Shown piece after piece: positions 20,732 to 29,195 of a stretch of 64,000 nt of DNA. The position numbers and the translations under genes were made by a program. Under the pieces are notes generated by a model. That model saw nothing but the letters and a program-made list of their open reading frames with translations. It had not been told where the DNA came from and searched no databases. Position 1 is the stretch's first letter, and each line of letters starts with the position of its first letter. This DNA is from Bacteroidia bacterium. GTDB lineage: Bacteria; Bacteroidota; Bacteroidia; NS11-12g; UBA9320. The DNA lies in contig JAEPQQ010000009.1 of the NCBI GenBank assembly GCA_017640445.1, forward strand, positions 4,013-68,012, given 5' to 3'.

Positions 20732-21217
20732 TTATTTGAAAAGCTGTTTAAGGCCCTCCCAGAGTTGTCTTTTTTTCGATTGGTCGGCCTGAATTTTACT
20801 TAGGTTGTCGGCGGCCAGTAATCGGTGGCTTTCTTTTCGAATTACCTGGTAATGGGCCAGAGTCATTGCCGAGTGGGTTCCAAAAAGTAGAAGAGTTGAG
20901 GCTTCGGGCAATGCATCGAGCAGGTCGCTGGTTTCCTCGTTTTGCTCTACAGGTTTTACAGCACACTTAGAGAGTTCGATGCCAACAGCGGCCATAACTT
21001 TGCCCAGAAAGGCTTTGTCGGTCGATGACGTGGTGTTGGTTGGCAGCCCAATAACGATTTCAGGTTGTGAAGTGGTTTTTTGCACAGAAGGTTGTACCGT
21101 GGTTTCCTCCTTGTCTGGTTGCTTCATTGCATTGGGAGACAATTGGTATACCTCATCAAATAGTTGATGTGCTGATGCTTGATCAATATCCCAGATGTTG
21201 TCTGCCATAGTGTGCAA
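20732..21217 (-). CDS. hypothetical protein
   Basis: 161-aa ORF with a Ser/Thr/Gln-rich middle. No family confidently recognised. Confidence 0.45.
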   Translation of the reverse strand: MHTMADNIWDIDQASAHQLFDEVYQLSPNAMKQPDKEETTVQPSVQKTTSQPEIVIGLPTNTTSSTDKAFLGKVMAAVGIELSKCAVKPVEQNEETSDLLDALPEASTLLLFGTHSAMTLAHYQVIRKESHRLLAADNLSKIQADQSKKRQLWEGLKQLFK

Positions 21218-21692
21218 AGCTATTGCAAATGGTTTTGAGATTCAAGGCGTTTGGGGTGTTTAATAACAGTAAAAAAACGTTCTAAAACGCTTAGAATTAA
21301 ATGTAATCTCATTTTGGGACATAAAAATAGGTCTATGATTGAGAAAAAGTGTGTAGTTTGTTCTGTTTTGAACTGTATTCTCAAAAATAGACAAATGTGT
21401 CCCATTTTGGGATAAAATTGAGGTTAAAAAACAGTTAAATTGTTGATTTTTAGGCATTTGACATGTGGCATACAGTTGGATGCTTTGTGGATGTAACTTT
21501 CGAGAGAAAGAGCACATGGTTAATAATTTTCATCATAAGTAGTAGTTTAGTATTTTATCTTTGATTTTAAGCCCTGACCTATATGGTCGGGGCTTGTCAT
21601 TTATAGTAATTCCGCAATTTAATGCTTTTCAACAAGCTCTAAGCGCTGTTTCTAGAATATTAGGCATTAAGTTTGCGTTATTCACTGTAGTT

Positions 21693-22820
21693 GTGTTGGC
21701 ATACAGAAACATAAGGCCTTCTGAATACGTAAGGCGGTTATACCGTGTCTTACCTGTGTTTATATTGCTTGTTTTTGGCTTGGTGCATTCTACGTATGCT
21801 CAAAGTTTTGAACAGAAAACGGTAAGCATTTATTTCCCTTCTAATGGAGACCAGTTAAATGCCGAGGCTAAATCCCAAATACGCAAAACATTTCTCGACC
21901 TTAACGAATATTTGGTAAAACAGGTGTACGTGGAGGGGCATACAGACAGTGATGCCTCCATGGCATATAACGTTTCGCTCGCAACCCGTCGCGCAGACAA
22001 TACCAAAGACTTCCTTCTTTCGCAGGGCATTAAGTCGGATCGTATCTTTCTGGAGTCGTTTGGTGAAATGAAACCAATAAGTGGTAATAAAGCTCAAAAC
22101 AGAAGAGTACAGATTACCATCGTTTACGAGATAAAGGCGTTTGACGAAAACATTCTGGTAAAACAAGGTGATGCCAGAATTATTCAGGTTTCCACGTTTC
22201 ATGCAAACACAAGAAAGCCATTACCATGCAGTTACGTGGTAGAGAAACGGAAACGAAACAGATTTGCGAACACCAACGCAAAGGCTGTATGCTACTTCGA
22301 CCGGAGTAAATATGGCGACCTCGATATTACGTTCTCGAAACATGGTTTTCTCAATGAATCGGTTTCGATTCACGAAAAAGACGTTCGAAATACAGGAGAT
22401 ACATTGCAGGTTAAGGTATACCTCAAACCGGTTGAAGTAGTTCAAAAGCTGCGTTTCGACCACATCTACTTCTATACGGATACGGACAACTTTAAACCCG
22501 AATCCAAACCCGAATTAGAGAAAATGCTTACCATGTTGAAAGAGTTCCCAAGTCTGTACGTGGAAATTCAGGGGCATATGAATTTCTCTGAAACCCGCCA
22601 GGCAAATGTTTTTCAACGTATCTACAATCACGACCTGTCTCACAAACGCGCACGTGCGGTATACGACTTCCTGGTGTCTCGCGGTATCGACAAAAAGCGA
22701 TTGACGTATAAAGGGTTGAGCAACTTCAGAATGATATTTCCGAACCCTAAAACGGCCGAAGAAGCTGATCAGAATAAACGGGTAGAGGTTTGGACCTTAC
22801 AACTGGTTGCCGAAAACTAA
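21693..22820 (+). CDS. OmpA family protein with two OmpA-like C-terminal domains
   Basis: Two peptidoglycan-binding OmpA_C-type blocks (VYVEGHTDSDASMAYNVSLATRRAD... and YVEIQGHMNF...NHDLSHKRARAVYDFL...NKRVEV). The ORF is open from 21561 but has no in-frame ATG before the signal peptide. GTG 21693 or TTG 21696 precede RRLYRVLPVFILLVFGLVHSTYAQ, so the start is uncertain. Confidence 0.65.
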   Translation: MLAYRNIRPSEYVRRLYRVLPVFILLVFGLVHSTYAQSFEQKTVSIYFPSNGDQLNAEAKSQIRKTFLDLNEYLVKQVYVEGHTDSDASMAYNVSLATRRADNTKDFLLSQGIKSDRIFLESFGEMKPISGNKAQNRRVQITIVYEIKAFDENILVKQGDARIIQVSTFHANTRKPLPCSYVVEKRKRNRFANTNAKAVCYFDRSKYGDLDITFSKHGFLNESVSIHEKDVRNTGDTLQVKVYLKPVEVVQKLRFDHIYFYTDTDNFKPESKPELEKMLTMLKEFPSLYVEIQGHMNFSETRQANVFQRIYNHDLSHKRARAVYDFLVSRGIDKKRLTYKGLSNFRMIFPNPKTAEEADQNKRVEVWTLQLVAEN

Positions 22821-24698
22821 CTACTCGAACAACCGCCAATCAACACCAAAACGAAATGCTCGCCCCACCAACGGGTAAGCAGCAGCGCTAAATGAGTCGT
22901 TGTTAAAAAAGCCCTGGGTAAGGTGGTTTACCGAAGCAAATAACAGCATGGAATTAACCCGTGTATTGAGGAAAAGGTCAACAACCGGATATCCACCAAT
23001 TGTCTGGTTTGAGAGGGTAAATTGTCGTATTACAGGGTTGTATCCAATACCTTCGAAACTGCTGAAATAAGCCACGTCGAGACCAATACGGGCCCACATG
23101 TTCTTCTTAAACAGAAAGCCTTCTTTGTAAATTCTGGTTTTGTAGGTAATGTCGGGTATTGCCATCACCTTGTTGGAGGCCGACTGAAAGCAAAGTCTTT
23201 GCTCCATATGCCAGTTGGATCCGAAACGGAAGTGATTGGCCAGGAAGGCTTTAAAATAGTTAATAGCCTCGGTATGCTGACGAGGAAGCCCCGATGTGTC
23301 GAGGTACACGAAATTCGTAACCTGTCGATACGTACCCCCTATCTGTAAGCCGGTCTTACGGGTGAAGAATACTGCAGAGGCCTCAAGAATGTCGGTTTTG
23401 CTCAACGGTTGGTTCCAGTAATAGTAATTGCTTCCAAAGAACTGATCATTGTAATCAGGTCTATGCTTGATCACATTGACATTGGTTTTTAAGCCGGTTT
23501 CATTAAACGACACCCGATGAGAAACGTTAAGTGCGTAATCACCCGAATAATATCCAAGTGGGTTATACTTTCCCTCAACAAACAAACGGGAATTCGACGT
23601 TCTACTCGATAGATTTCCGCCCAACTGGATGTTCTGAAATCTACTCTGGTGTGCGTTCAATTGGCTTACCTTAACCGATTCGTGCTGGATCCAATACGAC
23701 GAGGTAAAGCGATTCCCTTTTCGTATTTGACCAATTGAATTGTGTAGTACCGAGTGAAAAACAGAGTCGGCCGTCTCAAGCGTATACAGTCTTGCAGGAA
23801 AAACTGCCTCGTTGTAATCATTATCGGTAAACTCATTGATGTTCCTGCTATAGCGTAAGTGGTGGAACCACTGAGATGCGATACTGGTTGTGGTTGTATC
23901 GGCAACTAATGTGGTGTCGTTTATTCGAATCGTACGGTCTCCGGGTCGATAAAACTGATAGACACTGAAATCGCGGTTAATAAACACATTGTTGGCGTCG
24001 GAAAGAAATGCTTGCCCCGAATACGTTTTTGCTCGTCCGGATAACGTGTCAAACCCCTCCGAATTAGCGATGCTGAAACTTTCCCTAAGTGTGTTTTTGC
24101 TGTTTACAAAGTTGGCAAACACCTCGTATTTATGATTCGTCGTATTGAAATGGGTGTAAGCCCTGGTGCTAAACAGGTTGGTCATACGCTCCTGATCAAA
24201 CAAGGGGAAGTTGTTAAAATAGAGGTTGTGCGATTTGTTGCGTATGTAGTCCAGTCCAAAGCTCCAGTTAGAAGCGATGTTCTGAGAATGCTGTGCGTTC
24301 AGATATAATAAGTTTCCGGTGCCCTGGCTGTATTTCAAACGAGTTCGTGCGGTAGGTGATCTAAAGTATTTCGTGCTGTCGGGGTGGTAGAAATAGTTGG
24401 CGAATAACCTCGGACCCAACTGAAATGTAGACGTGTTGGGCAGGGTTGGTTCCAACGACTTGCTTGCACTTACGATTCTTCCAAGATGAACAAACATGGG
24501 GCTGTTTACATCATCTCCATAAAGACTGTGAGAGAAATCCAGTGTTGTATCTTCCGTTTTCCGCGAAAAGTTGAGTGATTTGGCAGAACCTATCTCAATG
24601 AAACTGGAAAGTTCGCGCTTATATTCGGTTGTGTCGAAAATCTGGCCAAATCCCTGGGTCCATAGCGCGATCAGTATAACTAATAGTGTGCTCCGCAA
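22821..24698 (-). CDS. outer-membrane beta-barrel protein (putative porin family)
   Basis: Signal peptide MRSTLLVILIALWTQGFGQ, alternating aromatic/polar beta-strand pattern throughout, C-terminal ...FRFGVDWRLFE. Family assignment is by recall. Confidence 0.5.
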   Translation of the reverse strand: MRSTLLVILIALWTQGFGQIFDTTEYKRELSSFIEIGSAKSLNFSRKTEDTTLDFSHSLYGDDVNSPMFVHLGRIVSASKSLEPTLPNTSTFQLGPRLFANYFYHPDSTKYFRSPTARTRLKYSQGTGNLLYLNAQHSQNIASNWSFGLDYIRNKSHNLYFNNFPLFDQERMTNLFSTRAYTHFNTTNHKYEVFANFVNSKNTLRESFSIANSEGFDTLSGRAKTYSGQAFLSDANNVFINRDFSVYQFYRPGDRTIRINDTTLVADTTTTSIASQWFHHLRYSRNINEFTDNDYNEAVFPARLYTLETADSVFHSVLHNSIGQIRKGNRFTSSYWIQHESVKVSQLNAHQSRFQNIQLGGNLSSRTSNSRLFVEGKYNPLGYYSGDYALNVSHRVSFNETGLKTNVNVIKHRPDYNDQFFGSNYYYWNQPLSKTDILEASAVFFTRKTGLQIGGTYRQVTNFVYLDTSGLPRQHTEAINYFKAFLANHFRFGSNWHMEQRLCFQSASNKVMAIPDITYKTRIYKEGFLFKKNMWARIGLDVAYFSSFEGIGYNPVIRQFTLSNQTIGGYPVVDLFLNTRVNSMLLFASVNHLTQGFFNNDSFSAAAYPLVGRAFRFGVDWRLFE

Positions 24699-24760
24699 CT
24701 CGTTTTGAATAAGTGCAAATGTAAGGACTTAACGTAAATCGCATTTCGAAATTTTACAGG

Positions 24761-25846
24761 ATGTTGGTATTGCAGACTGGAAGTATCTTTGCTTCGACTA
24801 AAGAGGGATTTGTGCAGGATTATTTTATCATTGGACAGGGGCTTGCGGGTTCCGTTTTGGCATTGAAGTTACTCGAGCAAGGCAAGCGTATTCATGTTTT
24901 TGAAAGTCCGCAACCCAATACCTCGTCGACTATTGCTGCCGGACTAATGAATCCGGTAACCGGAAAACGTATGACGGTGAGTTGGAGAGCCGATGAAATG
25001 TTCCCTATTGCCAGTCGGTTCTACCAGAAACAAGAAAGTCTGTTAAATACATCCTTTTTCTATCCAATGCCTGTTTACAGAGTGTTTAGCTCGGTTGGTG
25101 AACAGAATGATTGGACGGCCAAGATGCACGAATCGAGATATTCCAGGTTTATATCGCCAGACGCCATAGAGGCGTTGGATGCAACTCAGTTTCGCAATCC
25201 TTTTGGCGGACTGAAGGTGACGGGTGGAGGTCGGTTGGATGTTCCTCAGCTGATGGACGCCACGCGCAAACGTCTGTTGGAAGAAGGTTGTTTTTCACTT
25301 CGCCATATTTCCGCAGAAGATATTCAAACTATCGGAGAGGGGTATTCAATTGGAGAGCATCAGGCAAGACGCGTGGTTTTTTGCACTGGTGTGGATATGG
25401 ATAACTGGGGCTTTCTTCCGTTTACACCAATGAAAGGCGAGGTGCTAGAGGTGGAAGCTCCTCAACACGATAGGGAGAAGATTGTTGTTGGAGGATGTTT
25501 TTTTAGCCCCAAGACAAATGGCAACTTTTATGTAGGGGCCACATACGATTGGAGAAACCTGAACCTTGTTCGTACGGAAAAGGCAAAATTGGAGTTGTTG
25601 GAGCGGCTTGGTCGGTTTGTTGAAGGAAACCCCAAGGTGGTAGATCACCGGGTTGGGGTACGTCCGGCTGTAAAAGATCGCCGCCCAATGCTGGGGCAGC
25701 ACCCGGAAATGAAGGGTTACTACCTCTTAGGTGGCTTTGGAAGCAAGGGTGTTTCCATGGCGCCTTATCTGGCCGATTGCCTGATTGCTCATATGGAACA
25801 TGGGCAGGAACTGGATGTAGAACTAAATTTGCGTCGATTTTTATGA
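24761..25846 (+). CDS. FAD-dependent oxidoreductase (DAO family)
   Basis: N-terminal dinucleotide fold YFIIGQGLAGSVLALKLLEQGKRIHVFE and C-terminal GGFGSKGVSMAP. The start may instead be the GTG at 24812. Confidence 0.7.
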   Translation: MLVLQTGSIFASTKEGFVQDYFIIGQGLAGSVLALKLLEQGKRIHVFESPQPNTSSTIAAGLMNPVTGKRMTVSWRADEMFPIASRFYQKQESLLNTSFFYPMPVYRVFSSVGEQNDWTAKMHESRYSRFISPDAIEALDATQFRNPFGGLKVTGGGRLDVPQLMDATRKRLLEEGCFSLRHISAEDIQTIGEGYSIGEHQARRVVFCTGVDMDNWGFLPFTPMKGEVLEVEAPQHDREKIVVGGCFFSPKTNGNFYVGATYDWRNLNLVRTEKAKLELLERLGRFVEGNPKVVDHRVGVRPAVKDRRPMLGQHPEMKGYYLLGGFGSKGVSMAPYLADCLIAHMEHGQELDVELNLRRFL

Positions 25847-27675
25847 AGCAGGTCCTGGGATTTTTTCTAAGGTTATGGGCCTTCTGGCTCTTCTTCTTTC
25901 TATTCGGGAGAGTTATGTTCTATGTGGTAAACCTGTCGGATGCAGATAACTTCAGCAGCATTGCTTTGTGGAATGCACAGCGCTATGGGTTACGACTAGA
26001 TTGCTCTATGGCGGCCTACTTCATCGCTATTGCCGGTTTGCTATATAGCTTGGGGCATCTGTTGCGAAACAAAGTGTTAGCGCTCTCTGCACCGGTTTGG
26101 TTTACGCGAATTACAGCCATCTTTTTTGCGAGTCTTATGTGCATGAACGCACGACTCTATAAGTATTGGGGGCACCATACAGATATTTCCATTATTGAAT
26201 ATTTGAAGACACCTAAAGAGGCCTTTGCCTCTGTGGTTTGGGCCGATTGGTTTATAACCGCGTTGATGTTGGTGGCATTTCTTGGTTTTTTACACGTTTG
26301 GTTCATACCTCTCAAAAAAATGGTGACCAGCTATAGTGCGGTCAGGAAGTGGTTTGCGTGGTCCATAGTGCTTACGACTTCTATGATAATACCAATTCGC
26401 GGCGGTGTAGGTGTGGCAGCAATCGGATTGAGCTCGGCTTATCATTCTGAGAATAACTTCGAGAATCACACGGCACTTAATCCTGTTTGGAACCTTATGT
26501 ATTCCATAACAGAACGCAAAGGGCAGAACAAACTTACATTCATGTCGGAAGTTGAGGCCAATCAGGTACGTCACGAACTATATGGTCAGGATCGGGTAGG
26601 AGAGCTTCCATTTGTGCCCAACGATTCGCTAAACGTTGTTTTTTTGGTTCTGGAAAGCTTTACCGCAAATGTGGTGGAATCGATTGGGGGAATGTCTGGC
26701 TTAACTCCCAATCTTGATTCATTGGCCCGCCAAGGTATAAGTTTTACCAATTTCTATTCAAGCGGAGATCGGTCAGATCGGGGACTGACCACCTTGTTCA
26801 CTGGTTATCCCTCTCTCACACATGGACGTTTACTGAAATACCCAAACAAGTTGTCGAAGGCCCCCAATCTCTACCGAAACCTAAATGACGATGGTTATTA
26901 TACAAGCTTTTATTACGGAGGGAATCTGGAATTTGCCAACCTGAAATTACTGTTCAGCGAGGGCCGGGTGGATAAGGTCGTAAGTGAGGGGAATTTACCT
27001 GAAGATTTACCAACGGGTAAATGGGGTGTTCGTGATGAAGCGATGTTTGATTTGTTTTTGGAAGATGTGACCAACCAACCCCAGCCGTTCTTTTCTACCT
27101 TATACACCCTGAGTAGCCATGAGCCGTTTGATATTCCAGGCGTTTCATTGGATCTAAAACGGCCTGATAAGAAGTTCTTTGAGGCCATTTATTATACGGA
27201 TAGCTGCGTGGGGAGTTTTATTCGAAAGCTCAAACGGTCTGATGTTTGGTCAAATACTCTGGTGGTGATCACCGCTGACCATGGTGTTAAAAAACCGGAT
27301 AATGTGATGTTGTACAGTCCTCGTAAGTACCGCGTTCCGATGATACTCACCGGAGGAATTGCGAATCAGGCCAGGTCGTATTCCCACTATTGCTCCCACA
27401 CGGATCTGCCTTACACATTACATAGGCTGTTAATAGGCAGTGGAGCTTCCGAGTTTAAATACAGCAAGTCTGTTTTCGATACCTCACGTTCCTTTGCTCC
27501 CTACTACTACAACTTTGGAGCAGGCATCATCAATGGGGCGGGGTGTGTGGTATACGACATTAAAGGCAAATACTTTTTGGTAAACACCGTAGAACAAGAT
27601 TCAATTTCGGAAAGGATGAAGCACCAGATATTGGGAGTTACACAAGCAGCGTCCCACCAGTTTAGCGCGTTTTAA
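25843..27675 (+). CDS. LTA synthase family / sulfatase-like membrane hydrolase-transferase
   Basis: Five N-terminal TM helices plus an alkaline-phosphatase-superfamily domain (VVFLVLESF, SSGDRSDRG, TADHG). ATG 25843 overlaps the upstream stop (ATGA). Confidence 0.75.
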   Translation: MKQVLGFFLRLWAFWLFFFLFGRVMFYVVNLSDADNFSSIALWNAQRYGLRLDCSMAAYFIAIAGLLYSLGHLLRNKVLALSAPVWFTRITAIFFASLMCMNARLYKYWGHHTDISIIEYLKTPKEAFASVVWADWFITALMLVAFLGFLHVWFIPLKKMVTSYSAVRKWFAWSIVLTTSMIIPIRGGVGVAAIGLSSAYHSENNFENHTALNPVWNLMYSITERKGQNKLTFMSEVEANQVRHELYGQDRVGELPFVPNDSLNVVFLVLESFTANVVESIGGMSGLTPNLDSLARQGISFTNFYSSGDRSDRGLTTLFTGYPSLTHGRLLKYPNKLSKAPNLYRNLNDDGYYTSFYYGGNLEFANLKLLFSEGRVDKVVSEGNLPEDLPTGKWGVRDEAMFDLFLEDVTNQPQPFFSTLYTLSSHEPFDIPGVSLDLKRPDKKFFEAIYYTDSCVGSFIRKLKRSDVWSNTLVVITADHGVKKPDNVMLYSPRKYRVPMILTGGIANQARSYSHYCSHTDLPYTLHRLLIGSGASEFKYSKSVFDTSRSFAPYYYNFGAGIINGAGCVVYDIKGKYFLVNTVEQDSISERMKHQILGVTQAASHQFSAF

Positions 27676-27689
27676 ACTCAGTTTTGGCC

Positions 27690-27721
27690 AAAAAAGAAGC
27701 CCCGCTCTAAAAGAGCAGGGC
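27690..27721 (-). terminator. intrinsic-terminator-like hairpin B1
   Basis: Minus strand: GCCCUGCUC-UUUUA-GAGCGGGGC followed by UUCUUUUUU. The one imperfect pair is G.U on minus and C.A on plus. Confidence 0.65.
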
Positions 27722-27742
27722 AAATAAACCAAACTAACCATG

Positions 27743-27768
27743 AAAAAATTGCCTCCTTTCGAAGGCAA
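27743..27768 (-). terminator. intrinsic-terminator-like hairpin A1 (GAAA tetraloop)
   Basis: Minus strand: UUGCCUUC-GAAA-GGAGGCAA followed by U6. The wobble pair forms only on the minus strand. Confidence 0.6.
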
Positions 27769-27857
27769 TACAAAGTTAACTATATCAGAACCTGAATTCC
27801 AAGGTATTTCTTCAAATTTTTACAGTGAAAATGGGGGTGTGGGGTCAAACCGGTGTC

Positions 27858-27889
27858 AAAAAAGAAGCCCCGCTCAAAATGAGCAGGGC
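27858..27889 (-). terminator. intrinsic-terminator-like hairpin B2
   Basis: Minus strand: GCCCUGCUC-AUUUU-GAGCGGGGC followed by UUCUUUUUU. Confidence 0.65.
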
Positions 27890-27910
27890 AAATAAACCAA
27901 ACTAACCATG

Positions 27911-27936
27911 AAAAAATTGCCTCCTTTCGAAGGCAC
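27911..27936 (-). terminator. intrinsic-terminator-like hairpin A2 (GAAA tetraloop)
   Basis: Minus strand: (G)UGCCUUC-GAAA-GGAGGCA(A) followed by U6. This is the first such structure, about 85 nt after the kdsC stop. Confidence 0.6.
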
Positions 27937-28021
27937 TACAAAGGAACGGCTTTTTTACTTATTTACAATAACTTCTCTGAAATAAATGTAAAATGAGTAT
28001 AAGGATGGTGTAATCCTTTGA

Positions 28022-28549
28022 TTACCAATGTCCGTCGAGGCGCAGTTTCGCTTCAACCACTTCGCGAACACAACCTTCGCCGCCGTTTTTAGAAGAAACA
28101 AAGTCGACAAATGATCGAATTTCAGCTACTGCGTCGGCGGGAGAACAAGAAAAGCCCACCATTTTAAGAATTTTGGCATCGGGCACGTCATCTCCCATAA
28201 CCAGACATTCCGAGGCCTGAAGGTTGTTTTTCTCCAACCATGAATGGAGTACTTTTACTTTGTCTTTTACCTGAATAAAAACATCATCAACCCCAAGTCG
28301 GTTTAAACGTCGTACCACTCCTTCGGAGCTTCCTCCGCTGATAACAGCAATCGGATAACCTAGTTTAACTGCCTTGTTAATGGCATAGCCATCCTTAACA
28401 TTGGTAGACCGGAAGAAGCTGCCATCGTCAGACACGTAGATGTTTCCGTTGGTGAAAACACCATCAAAGTCAAAGACAAGTGCCTTAACCGTTTTAAGCT
28501 TTTTTAGATAGAAATCAGTCAAAGTATTACTGATTGTCGCGCCACTCAT
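28022..28549 (-). CDS. kdsC: 3-deoxy-D-manno-octulosonate 8-phosphate phosphatase (HAD-IIIA, KdsC/YrbI family)
   Basis: VKALVFDFDGVFTNG (DxD motif), VKDGYAI, AVISGG, MGDDVPD and GGEGCVREV. Confidence 0.85.
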   Translation of the reverse strand: MSGATISNTLTDFYLKKLKTVKALVFDFDGVFTNGNIYVSDDGSFFRSTNVKDGYAINKAVKLGYPIAVISGGSSEGVVRRLNRLGVDDVFIQVKDKVKVLHSWLEKNNLQASECLVMGDDVPDAKILKMVGFSCSPADAVAEIRSFVDFVSSKNGGEGCVREVVEAKLRLDGHW

Positions 28550-28763
28550 AAACCCAGTTCGACTGGATCATTTCCAAATGGCCCTCGTTACAATCTTCTC
28601 GTTTACCTACAAAACTCGGTATTTCCAATACCCATTCCAAAAGGTCGGTAAAGCGAATGCGGTAAATCTGACTTTCTCCAAATTCATCGCCGAATCGCTC
28701 ATATAGAGCCATTGCGATGTCTTCGTAATCATTCCACTCAATTGGTAATTCAAATGCAGCCAT
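28527..28763 (-). CDS. iscX: Fe-S cluster assembly protein IscX
   Basis: 78 aa that align by eye to E. coli IscX: W-D...I..ALY ... RFTDLLEW ... NEGHLEMIQSNW. The 3-prime end overlaps the kdsC start by 23 nt. Confidence 0.85.
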   Translation of the reverse strand: MAAFELPIEWNDYEDIAMALYERFGDEFGESQIYRIRFTDLLEWVLEIPSFVGKREDCNEGHLEMIQSNWVYEWRDNQ

Positions 28764-28768
28764 GGTGA

Positions 28769-29095
28769 TTAATGTCCGTTAAATTGACTTTGGTCCGGGA
28801 TGGTTACAACTAAGTCGGCGTTGATCTTGCACTGACATGCAAGCCTTGAACTTAGTTTTGGATTGATAGCTCGATCTATAAAGTCCTCTTCCTTGTCAGA
28901 TATCTCCGGAAGGCTGTCCATGCCTTCGTCTATATAGACATGACAGGTGCTACAAGCACAAACCGCTCCGCAGTTATGTTGTAGGTCAACATCATTGTCA
29001 AGGGCAACATCAAGAATGGATTCCCCCTCTTCGGCCTCAACCTCTTTGGGGGCCAGGTTTTTGTCCTCAAACTGGAATAAAACTTTGTGAGCCAT
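28769..29095 (-). CDS. fdx: ISC-type [2Fe-2S] ferredoxin (adrenodoxin-like)
   Basis: CGAVCACSTCHV cluster motif plus the distal SRLACQ cysteine. Length and layout match proteobacterial Fdx. Confidence 0.9.
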   Translation of the reverse strand: MAHKVLFQFEDKNLAPKEVEAEEGESILDVALDNDVDLQHNCGAVCACSTCHVYIDEGMDSLPEISDKEEDFIDRAINPKLSSRLACQCKINADLVVTIPDQSQFNGH

Positions 29096-29195
29096 AAAGC
29101 GTGCAAAACTACTATTTTAAAACATCCTAATTAAAAAAATGTTGGTAGCGTGATACTATTCTTTTCAATACGCGTTAATTTGTATAGCAAACAAG

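Larger units (their letters stand above)
27689..27775 (-). repeat. 87-bp intergenic module, copy 1 (two hairpin-plus-U-tract structures on the minus strand)
   Basis: 84 of 87 positions identical to 27857..27943. See the terminator entries and finding 1. Confidence 0.9.
27857..27943 (-). repeat. 87-bp intergenic module, copy 2
   Basis: Direct repeat of 27689..27775 with a 168-bp period and 3 substitutions: two in the GC-hairpin loop and one at the base of the GAAA hairpin. Confidence 0.9.

Noticed and set aside
21220-21517. Two overlapping minus-strand ORFs (61 and 85 aa) in the 343-bp AT-rich spacer.
   Set aside because: Their Phe/Ile/Asn-rich translations are typical of AT-rich non-coding DNA. 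They overlap each other in different frames, and the region is better explained as a divergent promoter region.
25777-25842. Upstream extensions offered by the ORF track: 25777 for the LTA-synthase-like gene, 58622..58837 for the intact sensor kinase, 896..928 for DUF3467 and 8234..8284 for the membrane protein.
   Set aside because: The extensions overlap the preceding gene or a terminator hairpin and add non-signal, non-conserved residues. The internal ATGs give proper signal peptides or TM starts.
27740-27985. Two small ORFs that start inside the 87-bp modules with identical N-termini (MKKLPPFEG...). The first is 51 codons (27740..27895) and the second is 25 codons (27908..27985). Together they resemble tandem leader-plus-variable-core precursor peptides.
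   Set aside because: Nucleotide conservation extends about 50 nt upstream of the ATGs and stops 36 nt into the ORFs, so it follows the hairpins rather than the reading frames. The peptides diverge completely after residue 12, and no RiPP maturation or export genes are nearby. The minus-strand structural asymmetry (G.U versus C.A) explains the conservation better.
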